Below are positions 46,216-60,434 of a DNA stretch of 64,000 nt, piece after piece (within the stretch, counting starts at the first letter, position 1; each line of letters begins with the position of its first letter). Under the pieces are notes generated by a model that did no database searches, was not told the origin of the DNA, and worked only from the letters and a program-made list of their open reading frames with translations. This DNA comes from Paramoeba atlantica (taxonomy: Eukaryota > Protista > Discosea). The DNA is taken from positions 62,001 to 126,000 of the forward strand of contig CDRNVI010000169.1 of NCBI GenBank assembly GCA_977017575.1, given 5' to 3'. A program made the translations under genes and the position numbers.

Positions 46216-49200
46216 TTTATCAATTTTTATCAATTTTTTTTTTAAATGAAACTTTTCTCATCTCTCGTGAAAAAGATGATACAGTCACCGTCTTTGACGA
46301 AGTTTCTGGGAAATCTCCCGTCTTATTCCCTGTCCTCTCCCAACAAATGTCAAACCGAACTGAACCAACAACGCACACCACCCCTCTTTCGAGTCGCTCA
46401 CAGCAGTCACAACAATCAGTGAGCCCAAAACGAGGACCATTTCAACAATCTCTTTCAACATATGATAATTCTTCGCAGTTTCTTTTTACAGACACAAATA
46501 CGCCTCCTTTTCGTGGAAGTCGTCACTCTTCTTCTCAAACTTCACCATCCATCCCATCAACAACAATAACTTCACCTTCTTCTTCTCTTCGAACTTCAGA
46601 TGGATCAGATCCTTACAATATTTTGGTTAAACTTGTGATGGTGTCTATCAAATCGTATCAAAGATCAAATCTTTGTTCATTACAAATTCGTGTATTGTCA
46701 ATGCTGAGATGGGTCGTTCGGTATGGATTAAAAGTGAAAGACATTGATCCTCAAAACCATTTTACTGAATATTTAATACAACAAGCAAAAGGGAAAAAGA
46801 GTTATCTTCACTCTCCTCCTATCTTTCTTCCCCACATCTTTGCTTATCTTGTTGAAGTGATCGGAGATTACCATAGAGAAGAAAAAGAAATTGGAAAAGG
46901 AACTCCTCCATTTGACTTAATGAGCGTGACACATCTACCATTTGGGTCCATTTATTGGCGGGGGAATGGAGAATTATTGTGTGGTTTATCTCCAGTGATT
47001 GAAGAATTGTTCCCTGTTGGTTCTTTTGAGTTGAGTGATTTGCAAATTGATTTGTTGAGTAAGTTGTTGGATATGTTGCCTTTTGAATTTGCTTGTCGTC
47101 ATTTGGTGACTATTTTACATCATTGTCAGAAGGAAGATGTTTGGAAGGTATTTTTTTTTTTTTGAAATTGAATAATTTTCATTTTTTTTCCCTTTCTTTC
47201 TTTTCCTTTTCCTTTCTCCTCCTCGAAATTAAAACTCCTTTCTTCTCACCAGACCTACTCTGAAAAAATCTGGAAACGTCTAGTGGAGCTTTTCTCTTCT
47301 GGGCATCACCCAAACATCAAATCTCTCCGCCCCCGCCCTCCCCTCCGGACAGAAATACCCCAAAAAAAGGTTGGAAATAGTGCAATTTGCAGTGTAAATG
47401 AATTGAGAGCTTTGTTTGATTTGATTGATGGGTTGCATGAGAGTTGTGTTTGTGTTGGAGATGTTGTTCGTGGTCTTTTGGAATATTCTGGTGGGAGAGT
47501 TTGGAATCATATTGGTGGGATTTGTTATTTTGGTTCTTCTTCTTGTCCGTCTTCTTCTTTGGTTGGGAGGAGGAGATCTTCTCTTTCTCCTTCTCCTTCT
47601 CCTTCCCCTTCTCCTTCCCCCTCCCCCTCCCCTTCCCCCTCCCCTTCCCCTTCTCCTTCTTCGTCTCCTTCTTTGCCTCTTCATTCTTCTCCTATGAGGA
47701 GAGAGAATGATGCTGGCGAAGAGAAATATATAACCTCTGTTTCAATTCGTGTCCAGCAGCAGGTTTCTTTCTCCTTTCTTTCTCCTCTTCTGTTTCTTTC
47801 TTTCTCTTATTTGTGAGGAAACAGGTTTCTGCTGAAGGGAGAGATATCGGCCCATCTTTGAATCTTCTTGCTTATTTGTATTCTTGGGTTAAACTCATTG
47901 AAATTCCTCCTTTAAAGAGAGAGGAAGGAGAGAGAGGGAGAGAGAGTGGAGGGGAGATGGGAAATGAAAGGTTTCTGTTCATTATTTTTATTTTTGCTTC
48001 ATTCTCTTTTTTGTGTTCTCTTCTCTTTCCTCTCTCTTTTTTTTCTCTTCTCTCCTTCTCTTTTCTTCCTCTCCTTTGTTGATTTCTCAAAGTTTTTTCT
48101 TTGTAGATGGGAGAAAAAGATACAATTCCCACACCGAAACGAAGCAGAACTGAGAGCTCTCTTTGAAGAAGAAGATTTTGTCTTTGAAGAAGTTGTTGAG
48201 CGAGTTGAGAGAGAATTGTTGTTTGTTATTCTTCATGCTATTGATCGTTTGTCTCAGGTTTTTCCCTCTCTTCTCTTTCTCTTCTCTTTCTCTCTTTTTT
48301 TGTGTCTAATCTTCCTCTTCCAGATGATCGCAGAAACAACTCCAACAACTTTTTCAATTGAGGCACTTCATATGACTCTCGTTCTTTCTCAAATGATTTG
48401 TTATTACAATCCCCAGATTTCTTCTTTTATCTTTCTTGTTCAGGTTATTATTATTATCCCTTTTTTGTCTCTCTTTTTGTTTTTCCCTTTCTTTCAATTT
48501 TCGTGAATTTTTACAAAAGGGAAATCAAAAGACGTCACAACCTTTGGTTCATCCAGAGATCTTGGATCTACTCTGCCGAGTAGGCACTCGCCTTTTCGGA
48601 GAAAGTATGGCCTCTGAAGAAAATGTGACACGTCATGGTCCCTTTCTTCATTCTTTTCCTTCTTCTATTTTGGATAGTTATATTTCTTTTCTTATTTCAC
48701 TTGGGATTGATCACGATTCATATTTGAATTGTTTCCCTTTTTTGAAAGGGATTCTTTCTCCTTCTTCTCCTTCTCCTCTTCCTTCTCCTTCTCCTTCTCT
48801 CTTCCCCTTGAATACACTCCCCTCGCCCTCCCCAGTTCAATGGTCCGAAATATCAAAGACATCCATCACCTTCCTTGGATACATCCGTTCCGCTCTTCTC
48901 TCTCTTTCTCCTCTCCAATTAAGTGAAATTTTGAGAATTCAATGCTCTCTTCCCAAATCTTTTGATCTTCTTTTACGATATGAAAGAGAATATTCTGTTC
49001 AATTGTGGATTAAATTGAGTTTGTTTGCGATGAGTGAAAGGACAAAGGACAAGATTTTTGTGGGGATTGAGAGGTATTGTAGAGAGATGATCCCTTGTTT
49101 TGGAGAGAGGAAGAGAGGAAGAGGAGGGAAGAGAGAAGGGAGACAGAAATTTTATTGGGATGAAAGAGTATTGGAAAGAGTTCGAGGGGTGTTGTTCTTG

Positions 49201-51874
49201 TTGAGGTTGATGGTCCCAAGTTGTTGTGTTCAAGTTCTGTTTTTGTTGAATGAATTTATGTTTGCAGAGGAGAATTTTTCTTATACAACTCATCAATGGG
49301 TCGCTGAGGTTTTTTTTTCTCTTTTTCTTTCTTTTTTCTTTCTCCTTTCTCTCTTTCTTATTCTTTTTTTTTTTAATAAAAAGGTGTTTAAATGTGCTGT
49401 TAGCTCAATGCTCCAAGGGCGTCCAATAAACATCCCCCTTCGTGTCCGAAAAACACTCCTCTCCACTCTGACCGAGACGTCACGCAAATTGAATAGTCAC
49501 ATCTATGGTCAAGTTTATGGAGGTGTCAAAAATGTCATTTCTTCTTTTGTTGATGCTTTTGGAATGTTTGTTGTGGGGGGAGGGGGAGGAGAGAGAGAGG
49601 GAGAAGAAGAGGAAGAGGTGGATACTGAGGTGGATACTGAGGAGGAAGAGGAAGGAGAAAGGAGAGGGAGAGAGAAGATGAAAGAGAGTTTGAAAGGTTT
49701 TCGTGATTTTGGGAAATTTTTTTCTTCTTTGAAAAGTTTTTCTTCTCGGAGTGCTCTTTCTACTGTTTCTTCTTCTCCTTTTTCTTTTCCTTCGATTGAA
49801 GAGGTTTTAATTGACTCAAAAACAAAGAGAGTAAAGACAAGAAAGAGTGGAAGAGAAAATGGAGAAGAGAGTGGAGAAGAGTTTGTCTTGAGTGATGATT
49901 TAATTAATTTTTATATTGCTGGTGGTCTTGTTTTGAATAATTTAGAAAGAGGAGATTGTGAGAAAGAGATAGAGAGACAAGAGGAGACAGAGGAAGAGGA
50001 AACAGAGGAAGAAGGAGAGGAAGAAGATGAAGATATAGAAGTGGTTGAAGAAGAAGAGGAAGTAGAAGAGGAAGAAGAGAAAGAGAAAGAGGAAGAAGGA
50101 AAGGAAGGAGAGGGAGACGCAGAAGATGAAGATGAGGAAGGGGAGGAAGAGAAAGAGAGAGAAGAAAGGAAAGAGGAAGAGATACAAATGGAGGGAGTAA
50201 AAGAAGAAGGAGATAACGAGAGTATAGATGATAAGGAGAATAAAGGAGAAAATGTACCAGACGAGACAAAAGAAGAGAGAAAAAGAGAGAGAAAGAGAGA
50301 GAAAGAGAGGGAGAGGAAGGAAGGAGAGTTTTGGATGAGCGAAAAAGATGCAACTTCTCAAATTTATTTGTTTCGGCTGTTGATCCAAAGAGATTCCAAA
50401 GTTCTTTTTTTCATTTTTTATTTTTATTTTTTTTTAATTTTTTTTTTCTTTTTCCTTTTTTTGTTGTATGAGTTTAAAAAAAATCTTTTCTCCTTTCTTT
50501 CTCCTTTCTTTCTCCCCTCTTTTCTCTCTCTCTCCTCTCCTCACTCTTTTCCAGATGTTTATTCTTCTTTTAAAACATGGACATGTCCCCCTCCACTTTC
50601 TCCCCTCTCTCATTGAATCTCCCTCCTCTCCTTCCCCTTCTCTCACTCTCTCTTCTTCTTCTCTCTCTTCTTCTCCTCTCTCTTCTTCTCCTCTCTCTTC
50701 TTCTCCTCTCTCTCTTTTCTCTTCTTCTTTCCCTTCTGTTGCTCCTTCAAATTCTTCTCTCTCTTCTCTCTCTTCTTCTCTTCCTTTGCGGTTAGAGAAG
50801 ATTCTTGAGGGAGAGAGAGAGAAAGGAGAGGATGAGGGAGAAGGAGAGAGAGAGAAAGAGAGAGATTGTGATGATGTTTATTGCTTTATTGATTGTTTTA
50901 TTGTTCAAAAGGTTTCTCTTTCTCTTTCTCTCTCTTTTCTCTTTCTTCTCTCTCTCTCTCTCACTTCATCTCTTAAAAGGTATTGGAATGTGTGAACAAA
51001 ACAGAAGAAGAGTTTCTTTCTTGGAGAGAGGATCTCTCTTGTCTTTCTCTTATCTCTCTTCTTCGATGTGTTACTGGTTCCTCTCTCTCTCTTTCTCTCT
51101 TTCTTCCTCTTTCTTCTCTTTAAATTTCTAATCTTTGTCTCATTCTTTTTCTCTTTCTTTTTTTCTCTCTCTCTCTCTTCTTTCTTCCTTGCAGCAATTG
51201 TGAAAAGACAAGAGAGATTTCTCTTTGAGAATAGGAGAAGGCAAGCGATTGTTCAACTTCTTACTTCTAAAGGTTTTTCTTTCTTTTTCCTTTTCTTTTC
51301 TCTTTCTCTTCTCTTTCTCTTTTTTCTTTCTCTCACTGACTCTCTTTTCCTAGCTGAAACACAAAAAGCTCAAGAGAGAGAGAAAGAAGGAGAGGGAGAA
51401 AATGACAGAGAAGAGTCTCATCCTTCTCAAAATTTGAGGTTCTTTCTTTCTCTCTCTTTTGTCTCTTTCTCTCTTCTGTCTCTTTCTCTTTTTCTCTCCT
51501 CTCTCTTTCTCTCTTTTGTCTCTTTCTCTTTTGTCTTTTTCATTTCTCATTAAAAATGATTTTAGCCAAAAACAAGAGGACCGAACGACTCAAAATTATC
51601 AAGTTTGTTTTCATTTTTCGTTTAGAGAAAAGAAGAGGGGAAAATCTCTAATTTTGTTTTCTCTTTTCTCTTTTCTCTTTTCCTCTTTCCTTTCTCTTTC
51701 CTTTCTCTTTCCTTTCTCTTTCTCTTTCTCTTTCTTTCTTTCTTCTTTCTCAGGTGAAAGAACCGATTAGCAGAGGATGCCATTTAACATCCCCCACTCT
51801 CTTACTCTTTCTCCACAGAATGCTCTTTCTCTCTCTCTCTTCTCTCTCTTCTCTCTCTCCTTCTTCTTCTTCTT

Positions 51875-51905
<31 letters not shown>

Positions 51906-54900
51906 TCTCTCTCTTCTTCCACATTGTTTCCAATTGGCGGATCTTCTTCTTTTGCAACTTGATTGTTCACTTGTTTCTCTTCTTGCTCCCTCTCTCTCTT
52001 CTCGGATGGTTTTCTTTCTTCTTTCTCTTTCTCTTTCTCTTTTCTCTCTTTCTTACTCTTTCTTTTTATTTCTTCTTTCTTTTATTCATTTTTTAAAAAA
52101 AAATAGGGAAACACAGGACCAGATGTGAAAAGAGAAAAAAATCAACAAAATGATGTTTTTTCTGAGAATTCTCATCATCATTTTTCGACAAAATGGTTTC
52201 TTTTCTTTTCTTTCTTTTTTTCTTTTCTTTTCTTTTCTTTTCTTTCTTTTTTTCTTTTCTTTTCTTTTCTTTTCTTTCTTTTCAAATATTTTTAAATAAT
52301 TGAATGAAATATTTGATATTTTAATTCAATATTATTGAATTATTCTTTTTCTTTTTCTTTTTCTTTTTCTTTTTCAGGGATCACAAACAAAATCTCTCAA
52401 TTGAAGAAGAAAACAAAATTATTGTCGAAAGTTGGATTGGAATTTTCTTTCTTCTCTCGAATAGTGCCTCTTCTTCTCTTTCTTCTTCTCTTTCTTCTTC
52501 TCTCTCTGCTCAGGTGGTTTTTCTTTTTCGTTCTCTCCAATTCTTTTTTTTTCTTTTTTTCTTTTTTTCTTTTTCTCTTTTTTCTCTTTCTCTTTTTCTC
52601 TTTTTTTATCTTTTCAACAGGAATTTCAAAAAATGAATCCATTTAAAATTCAACAACAATCACAAGAAGGAGAAGGAGAAGAAGAAAGAGAAAAACAGGA
52701 AGAAAAAATTTTGCGATCTTTATGTTTTTTTGCTCCTCTTCTTTGGCTCCCTCGCGGTTTCTTAGGTTAATAAAATAAGAAGAAAAAAGAAAGAAAAGGG
52801 AAGAGAAAAGACAAAAAAGACAAAAAAAAAGACAAAAATCAAAATCAAAAATAAGAATAATAAATAATAAATAAATAAAATAATAAATAAAAATAATAAT
52901 AAAAATAATAAATAATAAATAAATAAATAAATAAATAAATAAAACTAGGAGGAGAAAAATACAGAGAATTTGGAGTCAATTTTCCTTTTATTTTCGAAAA
53001 TCCTTCTTCTTTTTCTTCTTCTTCTTCAAATATTTTGGTTCTTCTTGGCACTCAAATTGCTTCTTCTCTTTCTAATTGGTTTTTTTTTTTGTTTTATTTT
53101 ATTTTTTTTTGTTTTATTTTTTATTTTTGTTTTATTTTTGTTTTATTTTTATTTTATTTTTATTTTATTATTCTTTTAATATTATTTATTGAGAGTTTTG
53201 TGTTTTTTTGTTCTTTTTTGAGACTTCTTTTTAATTTCTCTCTTTACCTTCGTCTCTTCAGCTGGGGGAAAACAACCTTTCATTCTTTGTTGACTTTTGT
53301 GTGGACACTCGCTCAGGTTTCTGAGAGGAAAAAGAGAAGAGGATAGAAAAGAAGAGAGAGAGAAGAGAAAGAGAGAGAGGAGAAAAGAGGAAGAAAGAGA
53401 ACCTTTCTTTTTATTATTATTTTCTGATTTTATTTTGTTAGAATTCGCATTTTCATTTTTTCCCGCAATATGACGAACCTTATCCTGAGGAGGTTCTTTT
53501 TTTTTTGATCAATTTAATAATTAAATAAAAAAAGAAAATAAATAAAATATCAATAAAATAACTAAAAGAAATCAACAAAAGAAATCAATAAATATTTTAA
53601 ATACAATAAAAATCATAAAAAATAAAAAATAAAAATAAAAATAAAAATAAAAATAAAAATAGGGGAATTTATGTTTGCACGTATTACCATATCTTCCTTT
53701 CCATCCCTCTGTTTTTGGAGAACAAGAAAGACCTCCCAGAATTGATGATGTTGAATATCTTGATTTACTTCTTAAGGTTTTCTTTCTTTCTCTCTTCTCT
53801 CTCTCTCTCTCTTTCTCTCTTTCTCTCTTTCTCCTTTTTTTTCTGTTTTTGGAGAACAAGAGAGAACCCCGAAAATTGATGATTTTTTTATTTAAGGGGA
53901 TTTCTATCTCCTCCCTTCTTTTCTCTCATCTTTTCTTATTTTTAAAATGTTAACTTACCTCTCTCTCTTTCTCTCTCTCTCAGATGCTCAGCTCATGCAG
54001 TGCGAGAAATGGAGAAATATTTTATCATTATTGGGATTTGTTGAGCGCAATTCTCTTTCGTGATCCGAAACTTGCTTTGGAGAATATTAATGAGGTTCAT
54101 TTTAAAAGAAAAGAGAAGAAAGAGAAGAAAGAAGAGAAGAGAACAAGAGAACAAACAAAAAAAAAAGAACAAAGAAAAAAAACAAAGCCAAAAAAAATGG
54201 TGGCAAAATTTGATTTTTCTCCTCTCTCTTCTCTCTCTCTCTTCTTCTCCTCTCTTCTTCTCTTTCTCCTCTCTCTTCTCTCTTTTTCTTCTTCTTCTCT
54301 CTTTCTTCTCTCTCTTTTGTGACACAGGTGACGTTAAGTCTCTCATTATCAGGTCTCGTGACACTTTTGACGAATTCATTTTTGGAAATTGATGGAGGAA
54401 AACCTCTTCCCATTTCTTCTTCTTCTTCTTCTCCTCTCTCTTCTTCTTCTTCTTCTCTCTCTTCTTCTTCTTCTTCTTCTTCTCTTTCTTCTCGGTCTTC
54501 TTCTCCTTTGGGTGTGGAGAGGGGAGAGGAGGGGGAGAGGGAGTTGGGAGGAGAGAGAGAAGAGGAGAAGAGAGGAGAAGAGAAGGGAGAAGAAGATGAA
54601 GATTTATCTAGTTTGGTTTGTTTTTTATTTTTATTTTTTATTTTTTATTTTATTTTTTAATTCTTTTTTCATTTCTTTCATTTCTTTCAAAAAGAGAGAA
54701 TTAAATCAATTCAATTCAATTGAATTAAATTAATTTTTTAACAAAACAAAATAGGATTTAATAGAATCAGATCCACACTCTTCAGTTCTAATCCACGCTC
54801 CAAGAGAGAGAGATTTTTCTCTTTTTATGCGTTCTCAGAAAAATAAGGTTTTTCGAATTTTTCGAATTTTTTTGAATTTTTTTTTTGATTTTTTTTCTTT

Positions 54901-55667
54901 TTCTTTTCATTCTTTTCTTTTCTTTCTTGATTTCTTTTACATTAATTTTAATTTTGAAGGAAAAGAATGACAATTTATTATACTTGCAATCAATTATAAG
55001 CCACTCTTTCTTTTTGTATCACAACCAAATTTCTGAAAATGGTTGGAATTTCTTTGTTTCTTTCTTTTTTCATTCATTTTTCACTCATTTTTTCCTCTTT
55101 CTCTTTCTCTCTCTCTTTCTCTCTCTCTCTTTCTCTCTCCTTTCAGCTCTCCCCCTGATGCGTTCAAGGAGCCAACACCCCTACATCTTCCCATTTGTGA
55201 GTCCTCATAGTTCAAGGTCTATCTCTTTTCTGCTCTCCTTTCTCTCTCTCTCTTCCTCTCCTGTTCTCTCACTCCGTCCTCTCTTCTCTCTCTCTCTCTT
55301 TTCGAAACAGTTTATTACACATAAGTAAGAACGCGCCATCTCATGTTCCAGCTTTTTATCGCTATCATTATACTAAGGTAATAGTTATCTTTTAAAGAGA
55401 AAAAAGAGAAAAGAAAGAAGAGAGAGAAGAGAGAAGGAACAGATTCGAAAAGAAAAAGAAAGAGAAGAGAAAGTGAAAAAAAAAAAAGTTTTTTATGGAA
55501 TAATTATTGATTTTACAATATTGATTTTTTGTTCACAAATCTTTCAAAAAAAAAAATAGCTCTTTTCAAACAGAGAAGAAAAAGTATCTCTCTCACTTCC
55601 CTCCCCAGCTCTCAATCCCACTCCTTCTTCATTCCCTCCTCCTCCTTCTTCCCTCCATTCTTCTTCC

Positions 55668-55708
<41 letters not shown>

Positions 55709-56358
55709 AGATGCAGCCCCAGAACGAGCATCAAGATGGTCCCGTTTTTTGTCCGCTTTCTCTTCCGATCCTGCTCCACCAATCGTCGCAAATCCTTCAA
55801 CAACAACAACAACAACAACAACAGCAACATCAAAAATAACAAATGATTCTATACCAACAACTGATTCAATGTCAACAAATTTAAATCCAAATTTAAATCC
55901 AAATTTAAATCCAAATTTAAATCCAAATCCAAATCCAAATCCAAATCCAAATTTAAATCCAAATCTAAATCCAAATTTAAATCCAAATTTAAATCCAAAT
56001 TTAAATCCAAATACAAATTTAAATACAACAAATGAGACAGAAGAGAGATCTTCTGCTTCGAAATGGTCTTCTTTTTTTTATTCTTCTACTCCTCAAGTGA
56101 ATCCAACTTCAAATCCATCAAGTTTCTTTTTCTTTTTTCTTTTTTCTTTTTCTCCTTGTCCCTTCTCTCTTTCTCTCTTCTCTTCTTTCTTTCTTTCTTT
56201 CTCCTTTTCATCCTTCTTCTTCTCTTTTTTAGATGTAGAAGAAGATACACCAAAAGTGATATTGGCACCTGATGTGAGTCGACAAGTTCTCTCTTCTCCT
56301 TCATCTGATTCTCCTGATTTCAAAAAGAGAGAGGGGGATGATCATGTAAAGATTTCTT

Positions 56359-56434
<76 letters not shown>

Positions 56435-59400
56435 TGATCTTCTTTTACTTGTATTTCATTTCTCTTCTTATTAAATTCTGGCGGGAATAGGGATCAACCA
56501 TCTTGACCCCAAATTGGGCACCAGGACTTGTTCTCATTGATTCTTATGCTGGTTCTCTTTCTCTCTCCTCTCTTTCTCTCTTCTCTTTCTTTCTTCTCTT
56601 TCTCTCCTCTCTTTCTTTCTTCTCTTTCTCTTTTTTAATTTTTATTGGTTTTAGATTGCGCTGTTGGGAAAGGAGAGGGAGATATGTGGTTGAGTGTTTG
56701 TGGTGGAGAAGATCTTGGTCTCTTCTTTCTTTCTTCTCTTTCTTTCTTCTCTTTCTTTCTTCTCTTTCTTTTTTCCCTCTATTTCTCTTTCTTACTTTCA
56801 TCTCTCTTCCTTTCCTCTCTCTCTCTCTTCTTCCTCTTCTTCTCAGATGAAGAAACTTTTCCTTTTATCCCAAGAGGATGGGGAGGGCATTTTTTCCCTG
56901 ATCTGTGTTGGCCTTATAACCTAAATTTGGAGGTTTTTTCTCTTCTTCTCTTCTCTTCTCTTCTCTCCCTCTTCTCTTTTTTTCTCACGAGAAATTTTTA
57001 GAGATCACTCTTTCCTTCTTCGCGATTTTATTCTGGACAACTTTCAGGTTTGTTTTTTTGAAAATAGAGAGAGAGAGAGGATGAAGATACTTTAAAAAAA
57101 TTTAATTTAAATATTTTTTTCATGATTTCTATTTTCTCAGTATTTATCAATTGTTGTTAAAAAAATTAATTTGTATTAAAAATTTTTATTTGAATTTATG
57201 ATTATTTATTTCTAATATTTTTTAAAAAGTAAAACAAATCCGAAAAACAATGGAAGCTTCTCTCCGCACAAATACAACCTCTCTCTCTTCTATCTCTCCC
57301 TCTTCTTCTTCTTCTTCTTCTCTCTCTTCCCCAGGCCCCTCTCTCTCTCGTCCGTCTTCTTCTTCTTCTCTCACAACCTCTTCTCTTCCAAAGAGAGGGT
57401 CTTCTTCTTCTCTCATCTCTGTTGCTTCTGATCTCCGCATTACAAATATCATCCGACTCGCAAGAGAAGGAGAAGAAGGAGAAGAAGAAGAGAGAGAGAG
57501 CGGAGAGAGAGAAGAGAGAGAGGGAGAGGAGAGAGGAGAGAGAAAGAGAAAGAGAAAGAGAGAGTGGTCTCGGCTCGGAAAGAGAGAGAGGGGGATGTAC
57601 ATTGGGGGCGTTTTTGGTTGGAATTATACTGTTTCTCATCATTTACATTGTTTGGAATTGTCTACTACTATGGAAACTCAGGTTTTCTCTCTTTTCTCTC
57701 TTTTCTCTCTTTTCTCTCTCTTTCTCTTTCGTTTTCTCTTTTCTTTTCCATAAGAATAATTTGTGGAGATTGAAATTTCTTTTTCTTGATTTTTTAAAAT
57801 AATTCATTTTTTTTTTCAAAAAAAAAAGATATTTTCGGTTTTGGAACTTATTTTGTCTTCTGATATTGGATCAATTCTCTCACAAGAGGTTCTTTTCTTC
57901 TTTCTTTTTCTCTTTCTCCTTCTCTCGTCTCTCTCTTTCTCTCTCTTCTCTCTCGTCTCTCTCTTCTCTCTCTTCTCTCTCTCTCTCTTCTCTCTCTTCT
58001 TCTCTCTTCTCTCTCTTCTCTCTCTTCTCTCTCTTCTCTCTCTTCTCTCTCTTCTCTCTCTTCTCTTCTCTCTCTTCTCTCTCTTATCTTTTCTCTTCTT
58101 CCTTTTCTCTTCTTTCTCTTTCTCTCTCTCTCTCAGGCAATTCGAAGTGTTTTGGTGTTGTCTGATTTTTTTGATCAATCTCGTATGGAATGGATGCTTA
58201 CCAAATTTGTTTCTTTTCTTCAAGTTTTTTTTTTGTTTTTCTTTATTATTTATTATTTATTATTTATTATTATTTATTAAAATATTATATTTTATGATTT
58301 ATGATTTATTATGATTTATTACAAATTTTGATGAAGCTCGTGTGGAATGGATGCTTTCCAAATTTGTTTTCTATTAATATTCAAAATTAAGTAACTCTCT
58401 CTCTCTCTCTCTCTTTTAAACAGCAAGAACCAGTTGATGTGGTATTGACTCGTTCATTTTTAACTTTGGGAATTTTTAAAGCAATTGCTGTTTTGAGTGG
58501 AATGTCTGGGTATGCTTTTTTTTTTCTTTCTTTCTTTTCTCTTTTCTTTTTTTCTTTTCTTTTTTTTCTTTTTCTTTTCATTTTTTTTTTGGTTCTGAGA
58601 TTTTTTCTCTTTCTCTTTCTTTTGTCTTCTCATTTCTCTTTTCTTTCAAGACAAACATCAGTGGAGGGAGTAATAGAACAAATCATCGCCCAACCAACAG
58701 GTATTTTTCTCTCTCTTCTCTTCTCTTCTCTTCTCTTCTTTCTTCTCTCTTCTCTCTTCTCTCTTCTCTCTTCTCTCTTCTCTCTTCTCTCTTCTCTCTC
58801 TTCTCTTCTCTCTTCTCTTCTCTTCCTCTTCTCTCTTCCTTTCTTTTCTAACCCTTTTAAAAAAGGGAGTGGGATTACCGGGTTACTCAGAACAAGTTTG
58901 GAGTCTCCTTATAAATCTGTTCAGGTTTTTTTTTCTTTCTTTTTCTTTTTCTTCTCTTCTCCCTTCTCTCTCTTTCTCTCTCTTCTCTCTCTTTCTCTCT
59001 CTCTCTCCCTCTCTTCTCTTCGTGTTCATTTTGATTTGGTATTAATAGATCGCTGCCTTGAATGGGATATTGTATTTGCTAGATGCTTCCCTTCACAAGG
59101 TAAAGGAGAGAAAGAGAAAGAAAGAGAAAGAAAAAGAAACAATAATTCAAAGAAAAAAGAAATATTAATCTTTTTAATTTTATTAAATTTAATTTTATTA
59201 ATTTTATTTAATAATTTTTCAAAAAAAAACAGGTTTTATCACCAAATCTTGAATTTTTATTTCATTATATTTTAAATATATTGAAATCTGAAGTTGTTGT
59301 TTCTCATCTTCCTCTTACGTTGCATGCTCTTGCTGGTTTTCTTTTCTCTCTTCTCTTTCTCTCTCTTCTCTCTCTTTCTCTTCTCTCTTCTCTCTCTTTC

Positions 59401-60402
59401 TCTCTCTTTCTCTCTTCTCTCTCTTCTTTTTCTTTTTCTTTTCTTTTTATTGAACTCATGTATTTTTAGTGATGTTTCTTTTGATTGAACAATACCCAAA
59501 ACAAGCAGAACAGGTTTTTTTCTCTCTTTCTCTTTCTCTTCTCTCTTTCTCTTTCTCTCTTTCTCCTTCTCTCTTTCTTCTCTCTCTCTTTCTCGGTGAT
59601 ATGTTAATATCTCTTTTAAAGATGGATTTTACAAGACAAGCAGTTGAAAGGGCAACAATTCTTGGGTTTTTGTTTTTTTAATCTAAAATAAAATAATGGA
59701 TCCGAAATAATAAAGATAAAATATAAATACTAAGAAGAAAATAATAAATAACAATAAAAAATAAAAAATAAAAAATAAAAAATAAAAAATAAAAAATAAA
59801 AAATAAAAAAATAGATATGATTGTGACGCACCACCTGCTGTTGTTGAATGTATTTTATGGGGACTTAATCGGTTTCTCTCTCTCTCTCTCTTTTCTCTCT
59901 CTTCTCTCTCTCTCTTTCTCTCTCTTCTCTCTCTTCTTTCTTTTTCTCTTCTTCTCTTCTTTCTTTCTTTTTCTCTAAACATAAGAAAATAGACTTCTTC
60001 TTTGTTTTTCTTTGTCACAATCCCATCGAAATTATATCATTTCTTTTGGATTGGAAAAGGTTTTTTTCTTCTTTTTTTCTTTTTTTTTTCTTTTTTTTCT
60101 TCTTTTTTTTCTTTTTCTCTCTTTTCTTTTTCTCTTTTCTTTTTTTTTTTACTTTCTTTTTCTCAATATCTTTCTCCTCTCTCCTCTCTCTCCTCTCTCT
60201 CTCTCCTCTCTCACCAAGATCTCAACCCAAAAATCAAATCAATTTTTATTATCTCTTGGAATAATGGTCACTTGTTTTTATACTGGTGGTGTTTCAAGAC
60301 AAATTGAAACACATATTCTTAATTCTCAGGTAAATTAAAAATAGAGGAGAGAGAGAAGAGAAGAGAAAGAAAAGAGAGAAAGAAAAGAGAGAAAGAAAAG
60401 AG

Positions 60403-60434
<32 letters not shown>

